DNA of 64,000 nt from an uncultured Candidatus Rokubacteria bacterium (GTDB lineage: Bacteria; Methylomirabilota; Methylomirabilia; Rokubacteriales; CSP1-6): assembly GCA_963762145.1 (NCBI GenBank), contig CAVXJS010000013.1, positions 1-64,000 on the forward strand, given 5' to 3'. Made by a program: the position numbers and the translations under genes. Every line of letters starts with the position of its first letter. Positions within the stretch are counted from its first letter, which is position 1. The notes under the pieces are model-generated. The model saw only the letters and a program-made list of their open reading frames with translations, was not told where the DNA came from and did not search any database. Positions 53,801-64,000 of this stretch are shown piece by piece.

Positions 53801-55949
53801 CGTGCTCGTGTCCACCCTCGACGAGGCCCGGGTGCTCGAGATCGTCGAAACCCAGGCCCATGAATCGCTCGGGAGCCTCGACATCGCCATCTGGCTGCAG
53901 GAGGTGGACGGCGGGCCGCTGCACCTGGTGACCGGGCAGGGGATGTTCTCCGGCCCGCTCAGCGGGCGCGCCCAGCCGCTCAACGCGGATGAGGGCGTGG
54001 TCGGACGGGCCCTGGCCGAGCGCGCGCCGGTCTGGACGGCCGACGTGCTGAACGATTCGCGCATGCAGCTCCGCCCGGAATCGCGGCGCTGGATCGAAGA
54101 GATCGGCGGCCGCTCCATCCTCGCGGTCCCGCTCGTCCGGGAGCACCTGGCGGGGGCCCTCGTCGTGTATCGCCCGGTGGGCCAGGTGTTCACCCGCCGT
54201 GAAGTCGAGTATCTTTCGGCCTTCGCGAACCAGATCGCGGTCGCCCTCGAGAACGCCCGGCTCTACAAGACCCTCGACGTCCGGGTCCGGGAGCTGGCGG
54301 TGCTCCACGAGCTGTCGCGCTCGGTCGCCGGCCAGCTCGATCGCGCCCGGATCCTGGACACCCTGCACCAGCAGGTGCCGCGCCTCCTGGGCGTCCAGCA
54401 CATGGCGGCGGTATTGCTCGACGAGGAGCGCACCCGCCTGGACGTGGTGCTGCGCGTCCGCGACGGGCGCCGGTGCGACGAGGAAGAGCCCCGCTCCTAC
54501 CCGCTCGGCCAGTCCGGGCTCACCACCATCGTGCTCGAGACCGGCCAGCCGATCCGGAGCGCGGACTACCTCGGCGAGTGCCGGCGGCACGGGGTGGCGC
54601 CGGTACCGAACGCCATGAACATGCCCCACGTCCTCATCGTGCCGATCACCGCGGGCGACCGGCCGCTGGGACTGCTGCTGTTGCGTAGCGCGGATCGCGC
54701 GTTCACCGAGGGCGACGAGCGGCTGCTCGCCAACATCGCTCAGCTCCTCGCGCTCATGCTCCGCAGCGCGCGCCTGTACGAGGAGCGCACGCGGGCTCTC
54801 GGCGAGCTGGGGGCTGCCCAGGACCAGCTCGTGCGCACCGAGAAGCTGCGCGCGCTCGGGGAGATGGCGTCGGGGGTGGCGCACGACTTCAACAACCTGC
54901 TCGCCTCCATCCTGGGTCGCGCGCAGCTCCTGCTCGAGCGCGTCCAGGACGCCAAGCTGCACCAGTGGATCAAGGTTATCGAGCGCGCGGCGCTGGACGG
55001 CGCCCGCACCGTACGCCGGCTGCAGGACTTCACCGGTATCCGTCGCGACCAGCCGGCGGTGGAGGTGGACCTCAACCAGGTAGTCCAGCAGGTCCTCGAG
55101 ACCACCGAGTCGATATGGCGGCAGGACCGCGCGCGGACCGGGGGCGCCGAGATCCAGGTGGAGACCGGGCTGGCCGAGGGGTTGCCGGCCGTCGCGGGCG
55201 ATCCGGCCGAGCTGCGCGAGGCCTTCACCAACCTGGTCCTGAACGCGGTCGACGCGATGCCCAAGGGAGGCACCCTCACCCTGCGCACCCAGGCCATCGA
55301 CGGTCAGGTCCAGGTGGAGGTGCGCGACACCGGGACGGGCATTCCCGAGCACGTCCGCGAGAAGATCTTCGATCCGTTCTTCACGACCAAGGGGCCGAAG
55401 GGCACCGGCCTCGGCCTCTCGATGGCCTATGGTATCCTCCAGCGCCACAGCGGGCGGATCACGGTCGAGAGCGAAGAAGGGCACGGCACGATCTTCCGCC
55501 TGCTCTTCCCGGCCGCGGTCTCGGGCTCGGTGGAGGCGGCGGCCCCGCCGCTCGCGGCGGAACCCGGCGCGCTGACCTCGCGGCACTGCCTGGTGGTGGA
55601 CGACGAGCAGGAGGTGGGCGACGTGGTGGCCGATATCCTCGCTACCGCCGGGCACACCGCGGTGACCGTCCGGAGCGGCAAGGAAGCGGTGGATCGACTC
55701 GTTGCCGAGCGGTTCGACGTGGTCTTCACCGACCTCGCGATGCCCGGCATGACGGGCTGGGAGGTCGCGCGCGCGGTCAAGGACCGGGCGCCGGAGGTGC
55801 CGGTGGTGATGATGAGCGGATTCGGGGTGGAGGTGGCGCCCGAGGACCTGCCCGCCCGCGGGGTGGACGCGGTCCTGGCCAAGCCGCTCCAGATCCAGGA
55901 CGTCCTGCACACGCTGACCGCCGTCCGCCCGGGGAAAAGCCGGCGGTGA
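50817..55949 (+). CDS. Membrane hybrid histidine kinase: TM, Cache-like domain, TM, about 6 GAF, HisKA, HATPase, REC
   Basis: Two TM helices; six GAF-ending motifs; [11 protein letters not shown]-box; FDPFFTTK; GTGLGLS; FTDLAMP receiver. Confidence 0.92.
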   Translation: MRRFLGSFLVPFLLLAIPLGVLAGLGFVAAHRQLVRTRDAAVVRTVDAVNALVADYQESLRRETILLASDPAVVEGAVKGDWAILARGASPRVLAVTRDGLADFITIRDGRGTPLVQVPAGPSPSLPGAPAVTEPVLTLRLAGGQPYFLVTAPVQAPSGREPSGGPGVVVAGRRLDGLGVVLDRLPARPAVAFIAGDRALATSRSDLPASGWARATTVGATDVGNEPFAVRRLAEPVVTSPDGGLWVVLSVREFARAERRLLLEFIALLGAGIVVLAGVVLAFLPTGRPRRPAGSGPADSPRLSLERRNRELEALNAVFDTMSRGSDLATTAGESLEIVRGLARMDVGLVYRLDHESNQLVLEGQSGVDPRYLDRSRNRPVEGSHMGDAARTGQIIVTHLDATPPSDAEIREMAAERAHRIQLALPIPVEHRTWGVMVLVSKEDRDFAPEELTIFSAVAHQVGLAVERAQLRDMAAVRLSRLEAQRVIERHISEHLDTEELLVVIARSAQRLVGGTFSALYLLEGDTLRPRAWSDIPDWIRDLRFKIGAGVAGAALAAGRGARANDYPSSPGAMAEFIPFTSRLLAAPLMAGDQPLGVMTAGRGPGGPPFTEEDLSTLTDFATQAAVALENARLFDEATRNAAQYQALLEVSGAVSSTLDVDRVLDLVLERCQALLGVAAVGAMRIDRETGVVAFERGRGLSSAFTSALRMRLGEGTTGRAIEERVPVWSEDVLRDPAVAINPEARALIQREGYRAVLSVPMLTKGNTHGKGDAHGAIAAYWWEPHTPTPSEISIMTALAGQAATALDNARLFGQERDRKASLTSLLEINKKIGALATPESLLTSIAEEAARLLDVDNAGFRLLEGDDLVVAGLAGTAGQSMLRARIKVGESLSGRVFTSGQALMCELEESGILADHMAADRRLGYTHYLGVPLMVGERAIGVLTFRGRRAFTAREQELGETFAGQAAIAIDHSRLYREASEQAERMRVVAEMGRVLVSTLDEARVLEIVETQAHESLGSLDIAIWLQEVDGGPLHLVTGQGMFSGPLSGRAQPLNADEGVVGRALAERAPVWTADVLNDSRMQLRPESRRWIEEIGGRSILAVPLVREHLAGALVVYRPVGQVFTRREVEYLSAFANQIAVALENARLYKTLDVRVRELAVLHELSRSVAGQLDRARILDTLHQQVPRLLGVQHMAAVLLDEERTRLDVVLRVRDGRRCDEEEPRSYPLGQSGLTTIVLETGQPIRSADYLGECRRHGVAPVPNAMNMPHVLIVPITAGDRPLGLLLLRSADRAFTEGDERLLANIAQLLALMLRSARLYEERTRALGELGAAQDQLVRTEKLRALGEMASGVAHDFNNLLASILGRAQLLLERVQDAKLHQWIKVIERAALDGARTVRRLQDFTGIRRDQPAVEVDLNQVVQQVLETTESIWRQDRARTGGAEIQVETGLAEGLPAVAGDPAELREAFTNLVLNAVDAMPKGGTLTLRTQAIDGQVQVEVRDTGTGIPEHVREKIFDPFFTTKGPKGTGLGLSMAYGILQRHSGRITVESEEGHGTIFRLLFPAAVSGSVEAAAPPLAAEPGALTSRHCLVVDDEQEVGDVVADILATAGHTAVTVRSGKEAVDRLVAERFDVVFTDLAMPGMTGWEVARAVKDRAPEVPVVMMSGFGVEVAPEDLPARGVDAVLAKPLQIQDVLHTLTAVRPGKSRR

Positions 55950-57019
55950 CCAGCCCCATCATCACCGAGGCGGTGCGCGCCCTCGTAGACCGGCGCGATC
56001 TCAGCCGGATCGAGGCGGCCGCCGCGATGGAAGCCATCATGTCGGGCGCGGCGACCAACGCGCAGATCGCCGCATTCCTCACCGGGCTGCGCATGAAGGG
56101 CGAGACCGTCGAGGAGCTGATCGGCTTCGCCCAGGTGATGCGGCAGAAGGTGGTCAAAGTCCGCGCCAGCGGCGCGGACCTGGCGCAGACCGGGACGGAC
56201 CGCGAGATGCTGATCGACACCTGCGGGACCGGGGGCGACGCGTCGGGCACCTTCAACGTTTCGACCGCGACCGCCTTCGTGGCCGCGGGGGCCGGCGTCA
56301 AGGTGGCCAAGCACGGCAACCGCTCGGTCTCCTCGCTCTGCGGCTCGGCCGACGTGGTGGAGGCGCTCGGGATCAACATCGAGCTGAGCCCGGCGAAGGT
56401 GGCGCGCTGCGTGGACGAGGTGGGGATCGGCTTCCTGTACGCGCCGCTCCTGCACACCGCCATGAAGCACGTGATGGCGGCGCGCCGCGAGATGGGCGTG
56501 CGCACCGTCTTCAACATGCTCGGGCCCCTGACCAATCCCGCGGGGGCCAACGCGCAGGTGATCGGGGTGTACGCGGCCCCGCTCACCGAGCTGCTCGCCC
56601 GCGCGCTGGCCGAGCTCGGGACGATCCGCGCCTTCGTCGTCCACGGCGCCGACGGGCTCGACGAGATCTCGAACACCGGGGAGAGCCACGTCGCCGAGGT
56701 GCACGAAGGCGTGGTCCGGACCGGCCGCGTCCGTCCCGAGGACTTCGGCATGCCGCGGGCCGCCATCGGCGACCTGCAGGGGGGCGACCGGCAGGAGAAC
56801 GCCGCCATCATCCGTCGCGTGCTCGGGGGGGAGGAGGGGCCCCGGCGCGACATCGTGCTGATGAACGCGGCGGCCGCGCTGGTGGTGGGGGCCCGGGCGC
56901 GCGACTTCAAGGAGGGGGTGACCCTGGCCGCCCGGTCGATCGATTCGGGCGCCGCCGCCGGGAAGCTGGACGCGCTGGTGGCGTTCTCCCAGCGCCTGAG
57001 CGCCGAGGCGCCCGTCTAG
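55946..57019 (+). CDS. trpD: Anthranilate phosphoribosyltransferase
   Basis: [39 protein letters not shown]. Confidence 0.95.
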   Translation: MTSPIITEAVRALVDRRDLSRIEAAAAMEAIMSGAATNAQIAAFLTGLRMKGETVEELIGFAQVMRQKVVKVRASGADLAQTGTDREMLIDTCGTGGDASGTFNVSTATAFVAAGAGVKVAKHGNRSVSSLCGSADVVEALGINIELSPAKVARCVDEVGIGFLYAPLLHTAMKHVMAARREMGVRTVFNMLGPLTNPAGANAQVIGVYAAPLTELLARALAELGTIRAFVVHGADGLDEISNTGESHVAEVHEGVVRTGRVRPEDFGMPRAAIGDLQGGDRQENAAIIRRVLGGEEGPRRDIVLMNAAAALVVGARARDFKEGVTLAARSIDSGAAAGKLDALVAFSQRLSAEAPV

Positions 57020-57048
57020 CCAGGCCGGAGCAGGCGCGGTGGGGCCCA

Positions 57049-57078
57049 TTGACCCCGCGAGCCCGGGCCGGTTACAAT
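57049..57078 (+). promoter_or_regulatory. Putative sigma70 promoter for the gntR-etf cluster
   Basis: TTGACC, 18 nt, TACAAT. Confidence 0.55.
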
Positions 57079-57188
57079 GGCGCCGGTCGCAGTAACTGCC
57101 TGTCGCGCCTGAGTGAATCCGGTCCCGATGCTCGACGAGGACGTTGAGCGACCGCAGGAGTTCTAGAACACCGAGCGTGGGGGCTCAC

Positions 57189-58034
57189 TTGGCGAGTCGC
57201 GTGCCGCGGTATCACCAGATCGCTCAGGTGCTTCGCGAGCGGATCGCGACCTCCGCGCAGGGACCCGGCGAGCGCCTGGACAATCAGCGCAGCCTCGCGC
57301 GCGAGTTCGGTGTCACGCTCATGACGCTTCGCCAGGCCCTGGATCTGCTCGAGCGTGACGGCCTCATCGCCCGCCGGCATGGTCTCGGGACCTTCGTCGC
57401 GCGGCCCGCCATCGACTACGACATCCTGCATCTTCGCGCGCTCGCCGGAGATCTCTCCGCGCTCGGCGAGGACGTGGCGACGCGGTTCCTCCGGAGCCGC
57501 TTCGAGCCGGCCGACCGCCGGGTGGCCGAGGCGCTCGGGCTGGCGGAGCACGCGGAGGTGTTCGTGCTCGAGCGTCTCCGGCTGGTGGACGGCGAGCCGG
57601 TGAGCTTCCAGGCCTCGTACCTCCCGGCCGCGATCGGGGCGGACGTCTCGCGCGCCGACCTCGCGGTGACCCCGCTCCGCCAGGTGCTGACCTTCAAGCT
57701 CGGGATCGAGATCACGGCCGCCCGCGAGACCGTCTCCGCGGTGCCGCTCGATCGTCGCGCCGCCCACGAGCTGGGCTGCCGGCCCGGGATCGCCGCCTTC
57801 CGCTCCGACCGCGTCTCGGCGGGTCCCGACGGCACCCCGATCGTCTACGACCGCGTCTTCATCCCCGGCGATCGCTTCCGCATCACCCGCAACCTGAAAT
57901 ACGACACGACCACGGTCGCCAGCAACGACGCATCAGCGGGTCCAATCGCCTCACGCGAAGCAGTTCGGATGAGCGCCGAAGGCGCGAAGAAGCCCAGCCG
58001 CAAAACCGGAATCTTCCACGTTCAACCACTATGA
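57189..58034 (+). CDS. GntR-family regulator (HutC/UTRA subfamily) with a lower-GC C-terminal tail; start uncertain
   Basis: PRYHQIA...LAREFGVTLMTLRQAL...GLGTFV; UTRA LERLRLVDGEPV. Confidence 0.88.
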   Translation: MASRVPRYHQIAQVLRERIATSAQGPGERLDNQRSLAREFGVTLMTLRQALDLLERDGLIARRHGLGTFVARPAIDYDILHLRALAGDLSALGEDVATRFLRSRFEPADRRVAEALGLAEHAEVFVLERLRLVDGEPVSFQASYLPAAIGADVSRADLAVTPLRQVLTFKLGIEITAARETVSAVPLDRRAAHELGCRPGIAAFRSDRVSAGPDGTPIVYDRVFIPGDRFRITRNLKYDTTTVASNDASAGPIASREAVRMSAEGAKKPSRKTGIFHVQPL

Positions 58035-58065
58035 AAGACCTTGAAAGCATGAAAGGGCCTCGGGC

Positions 58066-58845
58066 ATGAAGATCCTCGTCATGATCAAGCAGGTTCCGGA
58101 CACGGCCACGCAGGTGAAGATCGCCGCCGACGGGCGCGCCATCGACACCGCGGGCATCACCTGGATCGTCTCTCCGTACGATGAGTTCGCGGTGGAGGAG
58201 GCGCTCCGGATCAAGGAGAAGCGCGGGCAGGGCGAGGTGGTGGCCGTCTCGCTCGGCCCCGACCGCGGCAAGGAGGCGCTGCGCTCGTGCCTGGCCATGG
58301 GCGCTGACCGCGCCATCCACCTGAACGATCCCGCCTGGGCGGAGGCCGATACGCTGACGACCGCGCGCGCGCTCGCGGGCGTGATCAAGCAGGAGGCGCC
58401 CGGGCTGGCCCTCTTCGGCCGGCAGGCCATCGACGACGACATGGGCGCGGTGCCCGCGCAGGTCGCCGAGCTGCTCGGGTGGCCGTGCGCGTCCTGGATC
58501 ATGGAAGAGGTGGTCGACGCCGACGCCAAGACGATCCGGGTGGGGCGCCAGGTGGAGGGCGGTCTCGAGATCTTCGACCTGCCGCTGCCCGCCGTCGCGT
58601 CCGCGCAGAAGGGGCTCAACGAGCCGCGCTATCCCACCCTGAAGGGGATCATGGGCGCCAAGAAGAAGGAGATCAAGGACGTGAAGGCGGCCGATCTCGG
58701 CCTGGCCGCCGAGCCGCCCGCCCTCAGCGTCGTCAAGCTCGAGAGCCTGCCCCCGCGCCCGCCCGGCCGCATCATCCAGGGCGAGCCCGCGGCCGCGGCC
58801 AAGGAGCTCGTCCGCGCCCTTCGAGAAGACTCCAAGGCCATCTAA
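58066..58845 (+). CDS. etfB: Electron transfer flavoprotein beta subunit
   Basis: MKILVMIKQVPD, PYDEFAVEEAL, GRQAIDDD, NEPRYP. Confidence 0.95.
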   Translation: MKILVMIKQVPDTATQVKIAADGRAIDTAGITWIVSPYDEFAVEEALRIKEKRGQGEVVAVSLGPDRGKEALRSCLAMGADRAIHLNDPAWAEADTLTTARALAGVIKQEAPGLALFGRQAIDDDMGAVPAQVAELLGWPCASWIMEEVVDADAKTIRVGRQVEGGLEIFDLPLPAVASAQKGLNEPRYPTLKGIMGAKKKEIKDVKAADLGLAAEPPALSVVKLESLPPRPPGRIIQGEPAAAAKELVRALREDSKAI

Positions 58846-58876
58846 CGAACAAAGACTAGAAAAAAACTACAACGGT

Positions 58877-58948
58877 TGTCCGCCGACTGGGGGAGTGCGG
58901 GGGCCATGTCTGGTCCCCCGCATATGGAGAGCTTGAAGAAGTAAACGG
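58877..58948 (-). repeat. REP-like palindromic element copy 2
   Basis: Reverse complement ccgtttacttcttcaagctctccatatgcgggggaccagacatggcccccgcactcccccagtcggcggaca. Confidence 0.85.
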
Positions 58949-58973
58949 CAGTCAACGACACAGAGAGGACGAC

Positions 58974-59960
58974 ATGCCAGGCGCGTACTGGAACATCGTG
59001 GAGGACGATCGGCAGGGCGCACCCAAGAAGGTGATGGCCGAGGTGCTGGGCGAGGCCGCGCGTCTGGCGGGCGCGGCGGGGGCGCAGGCCGAGGCGGTGT
59101 GGCTGACCGACAAGGCCACTCCCGAGGGGCTGAAGCAGCTCGGGGAGTGGGGCGCCAAGCGCGTCTGGCTCTTCGAGAACGCCGCGTTCGCGCCGTACCG
59201 GGCGGAGGTCTGGACCCCGGTGGTGGCGGAGCTGGCCGGCAAGGAAACTCCGCAGGCCATCTTCGCGCCGGTGACCACGCGGCAGCGCGAGTTCATGGCC
59301 CGGCTGGCCGCGCGTTTGGGCGCGGGGCTCGCGGCCGACTCGACCGTGCTCACCGCCGACGGCGGCAAGCTGGTCGCGACGCGGCCGGTCTACGCGGGCA
59401 AGCTGCTCGCCAAGATGACGTGGGCGAAGACGCCGTGGATGGCGACGCTGCGGCCCAACGTGTTCCGGCCCGGCGACGGCGCGGGCGCCGCCGCGACGGT
59501 GGAGAAGCCGACCGGGAGCATCCCGACCGAGAGCATGAAGCTGGTCGAGCGCAAGCAGGAGGCCAACACGGGCCTGCCCGAGCTGACCGAGGCGGAGATC
59601 GTCGTCTCGGGTGGCCGCGGCCTCAAGGGTCCGGAGAACTTCGTCATCCTGGAGGAGCTCGCCAAGGTGATGGGCGCGGCGGTGGGCGCCTCGCGGGCCG
59701 CGGTGGACGCGGGCTGGCGGCCGCATCGCTTCCAGATCGGTCAGACCGGCCGGACGATCTCGCCCAAGCTCTACCTGGGCTTCGGCATCTCGGGCGCGAT
59801 CCAGCACCTGGCCGGCATGCGCACGTCGAAGGTGATCTGCGCGATCAACAAGGATCCGGAAGCGCCGATCTTCAAGATCGCCGACTACGGCATCGTCGGC
59901 GACCTCTTCGAGGTCGCCCCGCTCCTGACAAAGGAATTCAAGCAGCTCCTGGAGAAGTAG
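58974..59960 (+). CDS. etfA: Electron transfer flavoprotein alpha subunit
   Basis: [39 protein letters not shown]. Confidence 0.95.
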   Translation: MPGAYWNIVEDDRQGAPKKVMAEVLGEAARLAGAAGAQAEAVWLTDKATPEGLKQLGEWGAKRVWLFENAAFAPYRAEVWTPVVAELAGKETPQAIFAPVTTRQREFMARLAARLGAGLAADSTVLTADGGKLVATRPVYAGKLLAKMTWAKTPWMATLRPNVFRPGDGAGAAATVEKPTGSIPTESMKLVERKQEANTGLPELTEAEIVVSGGRGLKGPENFVILEELAKVMGAAVGASRAAVDAGWRPHRFQIGQTGRTISPKLYLGFGISGAIQHLAGMRTSKVICAINKDPEAPIFKIADYGIVGDLFEVAPLLTKEFKQLLEK

Positions 59961-59981
59961 AAGAGCGAAGCCACAAACGAA

Positions 59982-60052
59982 TGTCCGCCATCTGGGGGAG
60001 TGCGGGGGCCATTTCTGGGCCCCCGCATATGACAAGCTTAAAGAACTAAACC
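59982..60052 (-). repeat. REP-like palindromic element copy 3
   Basis: Reverse complement ggtttagttctttaagcttgtcatatgcgggggcccagaaatggcccccgcactcccccagatggcggaca. Confidence 0.85.
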
Positions 60053-60077
60053 GATGTTCGCAGGAGGAGCATAGGAG

Positions 60078-61235
60078 TTGGACCTCGACCTCACGGAAGA
60101 GCAGGCCATGATCCGGGACCTCGCCCGCGAGTTCGCGGAGAAAGAGGTGCGCCCGATCGCGGAGGCCATCGACCGTGAGGCCCGCTTCCCTCGAGAGACC
60201 GTCGCCCGCATGGGCGAGCTGGGGCTGATGGGCATCGCGGTGCCGGAGTCCTACGGGGGCAGCGGCGGCGACACGGTGGGCTACGTCCTGGCCGTCGAGG
60301 AGCTGGCCCGGGCCTGCGCCTCCCACGCGGTCATCATGTCGGTGAACAACTCGCTCTACTGCGACCCGGTCTGCCAGCACGGCACCGAGGAGCAGAAGGC
60401 GCGCTTCCTCACGCCCTTCGCGGCCGGGCAGAAGCTCGGCTGCTTCGCCCTCACCGAGCCGGAGGCGGGGTCGGACGCGAGCAACCAGACCACCCTCGCG
60501 GCGCGGGACGGCGACGGCTACGTGCTCGACGGACGGAAGATCTTCGTGACCAACGGGCGCGAGGCCTCGGCCGCCCTTGTCTTCGCGCAGACCGATCGCG
60601 CGGCCGGGCATCGCGGCATCAGCGCCTTCCTGATCGAGAAGGGCACGCCCGGCTTCACGGTGGTCAAGACCGAGGACAAGCTCGGCATCCGCGCCTCGGA
60701 CACCGCCGAGCTCCTCTTCGAGCGCTGCCGCGTGCCCGCCGCCAGCCGGCTGGGCGAGGTGGGGCAGGGGTTCAAGATCGCGCTCGGGACGCTCGATGTG
60801 GGGCGCATCGGCATCGCGGCGCAGGCGGTGGGCATCGCGGTGGCCGCCTACGAGGCGGCGGTGGCCTACGCCCGCGAGCGCAAGAGCTTCGGCGTGCCGA
60901 TCGGCCAGCACCAGATGGTGCAATGGATGCTGGCCGACATGGCCACCGCGATCGAGGCGGCCCGCCTGCTCACGCGGCGCGCGGCCTGGCGCAGGGATTC
61001 GGGCGCGCCCTACGGGCCGGAGGCGGCCATGGCCAAGCTCTTCGCGGCGGAGACCGCGATGCGCGTCACCACCGACGCCATCCAGGTGCACGGTGGCTAC
61101 GGCTTCATCAAGGAGTACCAGGTGGAGCGGTACTTCCGCGACGCCAAGATCACCCAGATCTACGAGGGCACCTCCCAGATCCAGAAGCTGGTCATCGCCC
61201 GGCACCTGCTTGCCGGTGTCGCCCGGGTGGCCTGA
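60078..61235 (+). CDS. Acyl-CoA dehydrogenase (butyryl/isobutyryl-CoA type)
   Basis: [33 protein letters not shown]; TTG start after a GGAG RBS. Confidence 0.92.
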   Translation: MDLDLTEEQAMIRDLAREFAEKEVRPIAEAIDREARFPRETVARMGELGLMGIAVPESYGGSGGDTVGYVLAVEELARACASHAVIMSVNNSLYCDPVCQHGTEEQKARFLTPFAAGQKLGCFALTEPEAGSDASNQTTLAARDGDGYVLDGRKIFVTNGREASAALVFAQTDRAAGHRGISAFLIEKGTPGFTVVKTEDKLGIRASDTAELLFERCRVPAASRLGEVGQGFKIALGTLDVGRIGIAAQAVGIAVAAYEAAVAYARERKSFGVPIGQHQMVQWMLADMATAIEAARLLTRRAAWRRDSGAPYGPEAAMAKLFAAETAMRVTTDAIQVHGGYGFIKEYQVERYFRDAKITQIYEGTSQIQKLVIARHLLAGVARVA

Positions 61236-61251
61236 GGAGGAACCGGAGAGC

Positions 61252-62904
61252 ATGGCCGACGGCAAGGACCGGTGGGAAGAGGAAAGCTACGGGCCGTTCG
61301 TCGAGCGGACGCCCGAGCGCGACGTGCCCTACGAGACGCTCTCCGGCATCCCGGTGCAGCCGCTCTACTCGCCGGAGGACCTCAAGGGCTGGCGCTACGA
61401 GGACAAGCTGGGCTACCCGGGGGAGTTCCCGTACACGCGCGGGCCCTATCCGTCGATGTACCGCGGGCGTCTCTGGACCATGCGCATGTTCGCGGGATTC
61501 GGCCGGCCCGAGGACACCAACGCCCGCTTCAAGTACCTCCTCGCGCAGGGGCAGACCGGGCTCTCGACCGCCTTCGACATGCCCGCGCTGATGGGCTACG
61601 ACGCCGATCACCCGCGGGCGCGCGGCGAGGTCGGCCGCGAGGGCGTGTCCATCTCCACGCTCGCCGACTTCGAGATCCTGTTCCGCGATATCCCGCTGGA
61701 CCGGGTGACCACGTCGATGACCATCAACTGCACCGCGTCGGTGGCGCTCGCCATGTACCTGGCGCTCGCCGACCAGCAGGGGGTGGGCTGGGACAAGCTG
61801 GGCGGCACCATGCAGAACGACATGCTGAAGGAGTTCATCGCCCAGAAGGAATGGATCTCGCCGCCCGAGTCCGCGGTGCGGGTGGTGGTGGACACCATCG
61901 AGTTCTGCGCCCGGCACGTGCCCCGCTTCAATCCGGTCTCGATCTCCGGCTACCACATCCGGGAGGCGGGCTCGACCGCGGTGCAGGAGCTGGCCTTCAC
62001 CCTGGCCGACGGCTTCGGCTACGTGCAGGCCGGGCTCGAGCGCGGGCTCGACGTGGACGACTTCGCGCCGCGCCTGTCGTTCTTCTTCGACATCCACAAT
62101 GACTTCTTCGAGGAGATCGCCAAGCTGCGGGCGGCCCGGCGGATCTGGGCCACCGTGATGCGGGACCGGTTCCGGGCGCGGAAGCCGGAGTCCATGCGGC
62201 TGCGCACCCACACCCAGACCGCGGGGGTCTCCGCCACCGCGCAGCAGCCGCTCAACAACGTGGCGCGGGTGGCGCTGCAGGCGCTGGCCGCGGTGCTGGG
62301 CGGGGCGCAGTCGCTCCACACCAACTCCTACGACGAGGTGCTGGCCCTGCCCACCGAGGAAGCGGTGACGGTGGCGCTGCGCACCCAGCAGATCATCGCC
62401 GAGGAGACCGGGGTGGCGCTGACCGCGGATCCGCTGGGCGGCTCCTATTTCCTGGAGCGGCTGACCGACCAGATGGAAGCGCAGGCGATGGACTACATCC
62501 GCAAGATCGACGAGCTGGGCGGCATCGTGCGGGCCATCGACATCGGCTATCCGCAGCAGGAGATCGCGGACGCGGCCTACCGCTACCAGCTCATGGACGA
62601 CCGCGGGCAGAAGGCGGTGGTGGGCGTCAACAAGTACGTGATGCCCGACGAGAAGCACGTGGAGTACCTCCGCATCGACCCCGCGATCGAGCAGGAGCAG
62701 ATCGCGCGGGTGGGGCGCGTCAAGGCCTCGCGCGACGCGGCGCAGGTCGAGAAGCGCCTGAAGCAGCTCACCGCGGCCTGCCGGGAGAACCGGAACGTGA
62801 TGCCGGTGCTGGTGGACGCCGTGAAGGACTACGTCTCGCTCGGCGAGATCGCCGACGTCTATCGCCGGGTGTTCGGCCTCTACCGAGAGCCGATCATCTT
62901 CTGA
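61252..62904 (+). CDS. icmA: B12-dependent acyl-CoA mutase large subunit, isobutyryl-CoA mutase-like
   Basis: [10 protein letters not shown] (Phe), KEFIAQKEW (Gln), [20 protein letters not shown]; no B12-binding domain. Confidence 0.8.
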   Translation: MADGKDRWEEESYGPFVERTPERDVPYETLSGIPVQPLYSPEDLKGWRYEDKLGYPGEFPYTRGPYPSMYRGRLWTMRMFAGFGRPEDTNARFKYLLAQGQTGLSTAFDMPALMGYDADHPRARGEVGREGVSISTLADFEILFRDIPLDRVTTSMTINCTASVALAMYLALADQQGVGWDKLGGTMQNDMLKEFIAQKEWISPPESAVRVVVDTIEFCARHVPRFNPVSISGYHIREAGSTAVQELAFTLADGFGYVQAGLERGLDVDDFAPRLSFFFDIHNDFFEEIAKLRAARRIWATVMRDRFRARKPESMRLRTHTQTAGVSATAQQPLNNVARVALQALAAVLGGAQSLHTNSYDEVLALPTEEAVTVALRTQQIIAEETGVALTADPLGGSYFLERLTDQMEAQAMDYIRKIDELGGIVRAIDIGYPQQEIADAAYRYQLMDDRGQKAVVGVNKYVMPDEKHVEYLRIDPAIEQEQIARVGRVKASRDAAQVEKRLKQLTAACRENRNVMPVLVDAVKDYVSLGEIADVYRRVFGLYREPIIF

Positions 62905-62917
62905 GAGGGAGCCAACC

Positions 62918-63985
62918 ATGACCGAGCCGATCCGGATCAACCGTTCGACCACCCGCAAGCCCAAGCCGAAGGACGCCGACCTGGGTTTCGGGCAGATCTT
63001 CACCGACCACATGTTCCTGGCCGACTTCCAGGAGGAGAAGGGCTGGTACGACCCGCGCGTCGAGCCGTACGGGCCCCTCTCCCTCGACCCGGCCACCGCG
63101 GTGCTGCACTACGCCCAGGCCATCTTCGACGGTCTCAAGGCGTTCCGCGGCGTGGACGGCAAGATCCGGCTCTTCCGGCCCCAGAAGCACGTGGAGCGCA
63201 TGAACGGCTCGGCGCGGCGCCTCTGCATCCCGCCCCTCGACCCGGACATGGCGCTTTCGTCCATCGTGCGCCTGGTGGACATCGATCGGGACTGGGTGCC
63301 GGGCACGGTGGGCACCTCGCTCTACATCCGGCCCACCATCATCGCGAGCGAGGCGTTTCTCGGAGTGCGGCCGGCCACGTCGTACGTCTACTTCGTGATC
63401 CTCTCGCCGGTGGGCGCTTACTATCCCGAAGGCATGGCGCCGGTGAAGATCCTGGTGGTGGACAAGTACGTGCGCGCGGTGGACGGCGGGGTGGGCGGGG
63501 CCAAGACCTCCGGCAACTACGCGGCGAGCCTGTTCGCGAGCGACGAGGCCAAGCACGAAGGCTTCACCCAGGTGCTGTGGCTCGACGGCGTCCACCGGAA
63601 GTATCTGGACGAGGTCGGCACCATGAACATCATGGTGAAGATCGGCGACGAGATCATCACGCCGCCCCTGACCGGGACCATCCTGCCCGGTGTCACCCGC
63701 GATTCCGCGCTGGCCCTGATGCGCAGGTGGGGCCTCACGGTGAGCGAGCGGCAGGTCTCGATCGACGAGGTGGTGGAGGCCCACGGGCTCGGCAAGCTCG
63801 ACGAGGTGTGGGGCACCGGCACCGCGGCGGTCATCTCGCCGGTGGGCGAGCTCGCCTACCAGGGCCGGAAGATGGTCATCAACGGCGGGAAGATCGGGCC
63901 GCTCACCCAGCGGCTCTACGACGCCATCGTGGCCATCCAGTACGGGCAGGCGCCCGATCCCGACGGCTGGACGCTCACGATATGA
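62918..63985 (+). CDS. ilvE: Branched-chain amino acid aminotransferase
   Basis: LHYAQAIFDGLKAF, LYIRP, AKTSGNYAAS, ILPGVTRDS, GTGTAAVISPVG. Confidence 0.95.
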   Translation: MTEPIRINRSTTRKPKPKDADLGFGQIFTDHMFLADFQEEKGWYDPRVEPYGPLSLDPATAVLHYAQAIFDGLKAFRGVDGKIRLFRPQKHVERMNGSARRLCIPPLDPDMALSSIVRLVDIDRDWVPGTVGTSLYIRPTIIASEAFLGVRPATSYVYFVILSPVGAYYPEGMAPVKILVVDKYVRAVDGGVGGAKTSGNYAASLFASDEAKHEGFTQVLWLDGVHRKYLDEVGTMNIMVKIGDEIITPPLTGTILPGVTRDSALALMRRWGLTVSERQVSIDEVVEAHGLGKLDEVWGTGTAAVISPVGELAYQGRKMVINGGKIGPLTQRLYDAIVAIQYGQAPDPDGWTLTI

Positions 63986-64000
63986 GCGGAGGGTCACGAT

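Noticed and set aside
50754-55910. Very long antisense ORFs (1718 aa here; also 9599-13117, 33718-36705, 17698-20505)
   Set aside because: Shadow ORFs caused by high GC and codon bias opposite real genes; no recognisable domains.

Overview
Very GC-rich bacterial DNA, gene-dense and almost entirely on the + strand. Composition, multi-GAF kinases, many ABC transporters and a GGGGGCCCAGAAATGGCCCCC-type intergenic palindrome suggest Candidatus Rokubacteria (Methylomirabilota); this lineage call is an inference. It looks like a nanopore long-read contig: a probable adapter remnant at bases 1-47 and clusters of 1-bp indels at 0-2 kb and 32-41 kb. In order: frameshifted recQ; a PhnT2/PhnU2-like ABC transporter; cupin, SDR, a FecR-like/TPR exported protein, NUDIX, YHS, HAD and methyltransferase genes; a 5-GAF hybrid kinase with a REC-PP2C phosphatase; a solute-binding protein; an exported caspase (C14) + TPR pair divergent from a YVTN lipoprotein + FecR pair; small membrane ORFs; a complete Pel exopolysaccharide operon (split pelA, split pelB, pelCDEFG) headed by an in-frame RsbW-STAS partner-switch ORF; Fe/polyamine-type ABC and MFS genes; acyl-CoA catabolism genes; a Liv-type ABC transporter; a 6-GAF hybrid kinase; trpD; and a GntR-etfBA-acyl-CoA dehydrogenase-isobutyryl-CoA-mutase-like-ilvE cluster. 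Main leads: partner-switch control of a rearranged Pel system, an extracytoplasmic caspase signalling module, a dispersed ~72-bp bulged-hairpin element, mini-ORFs bridging genes by ATGA overlaps, and non-canonical start codons.
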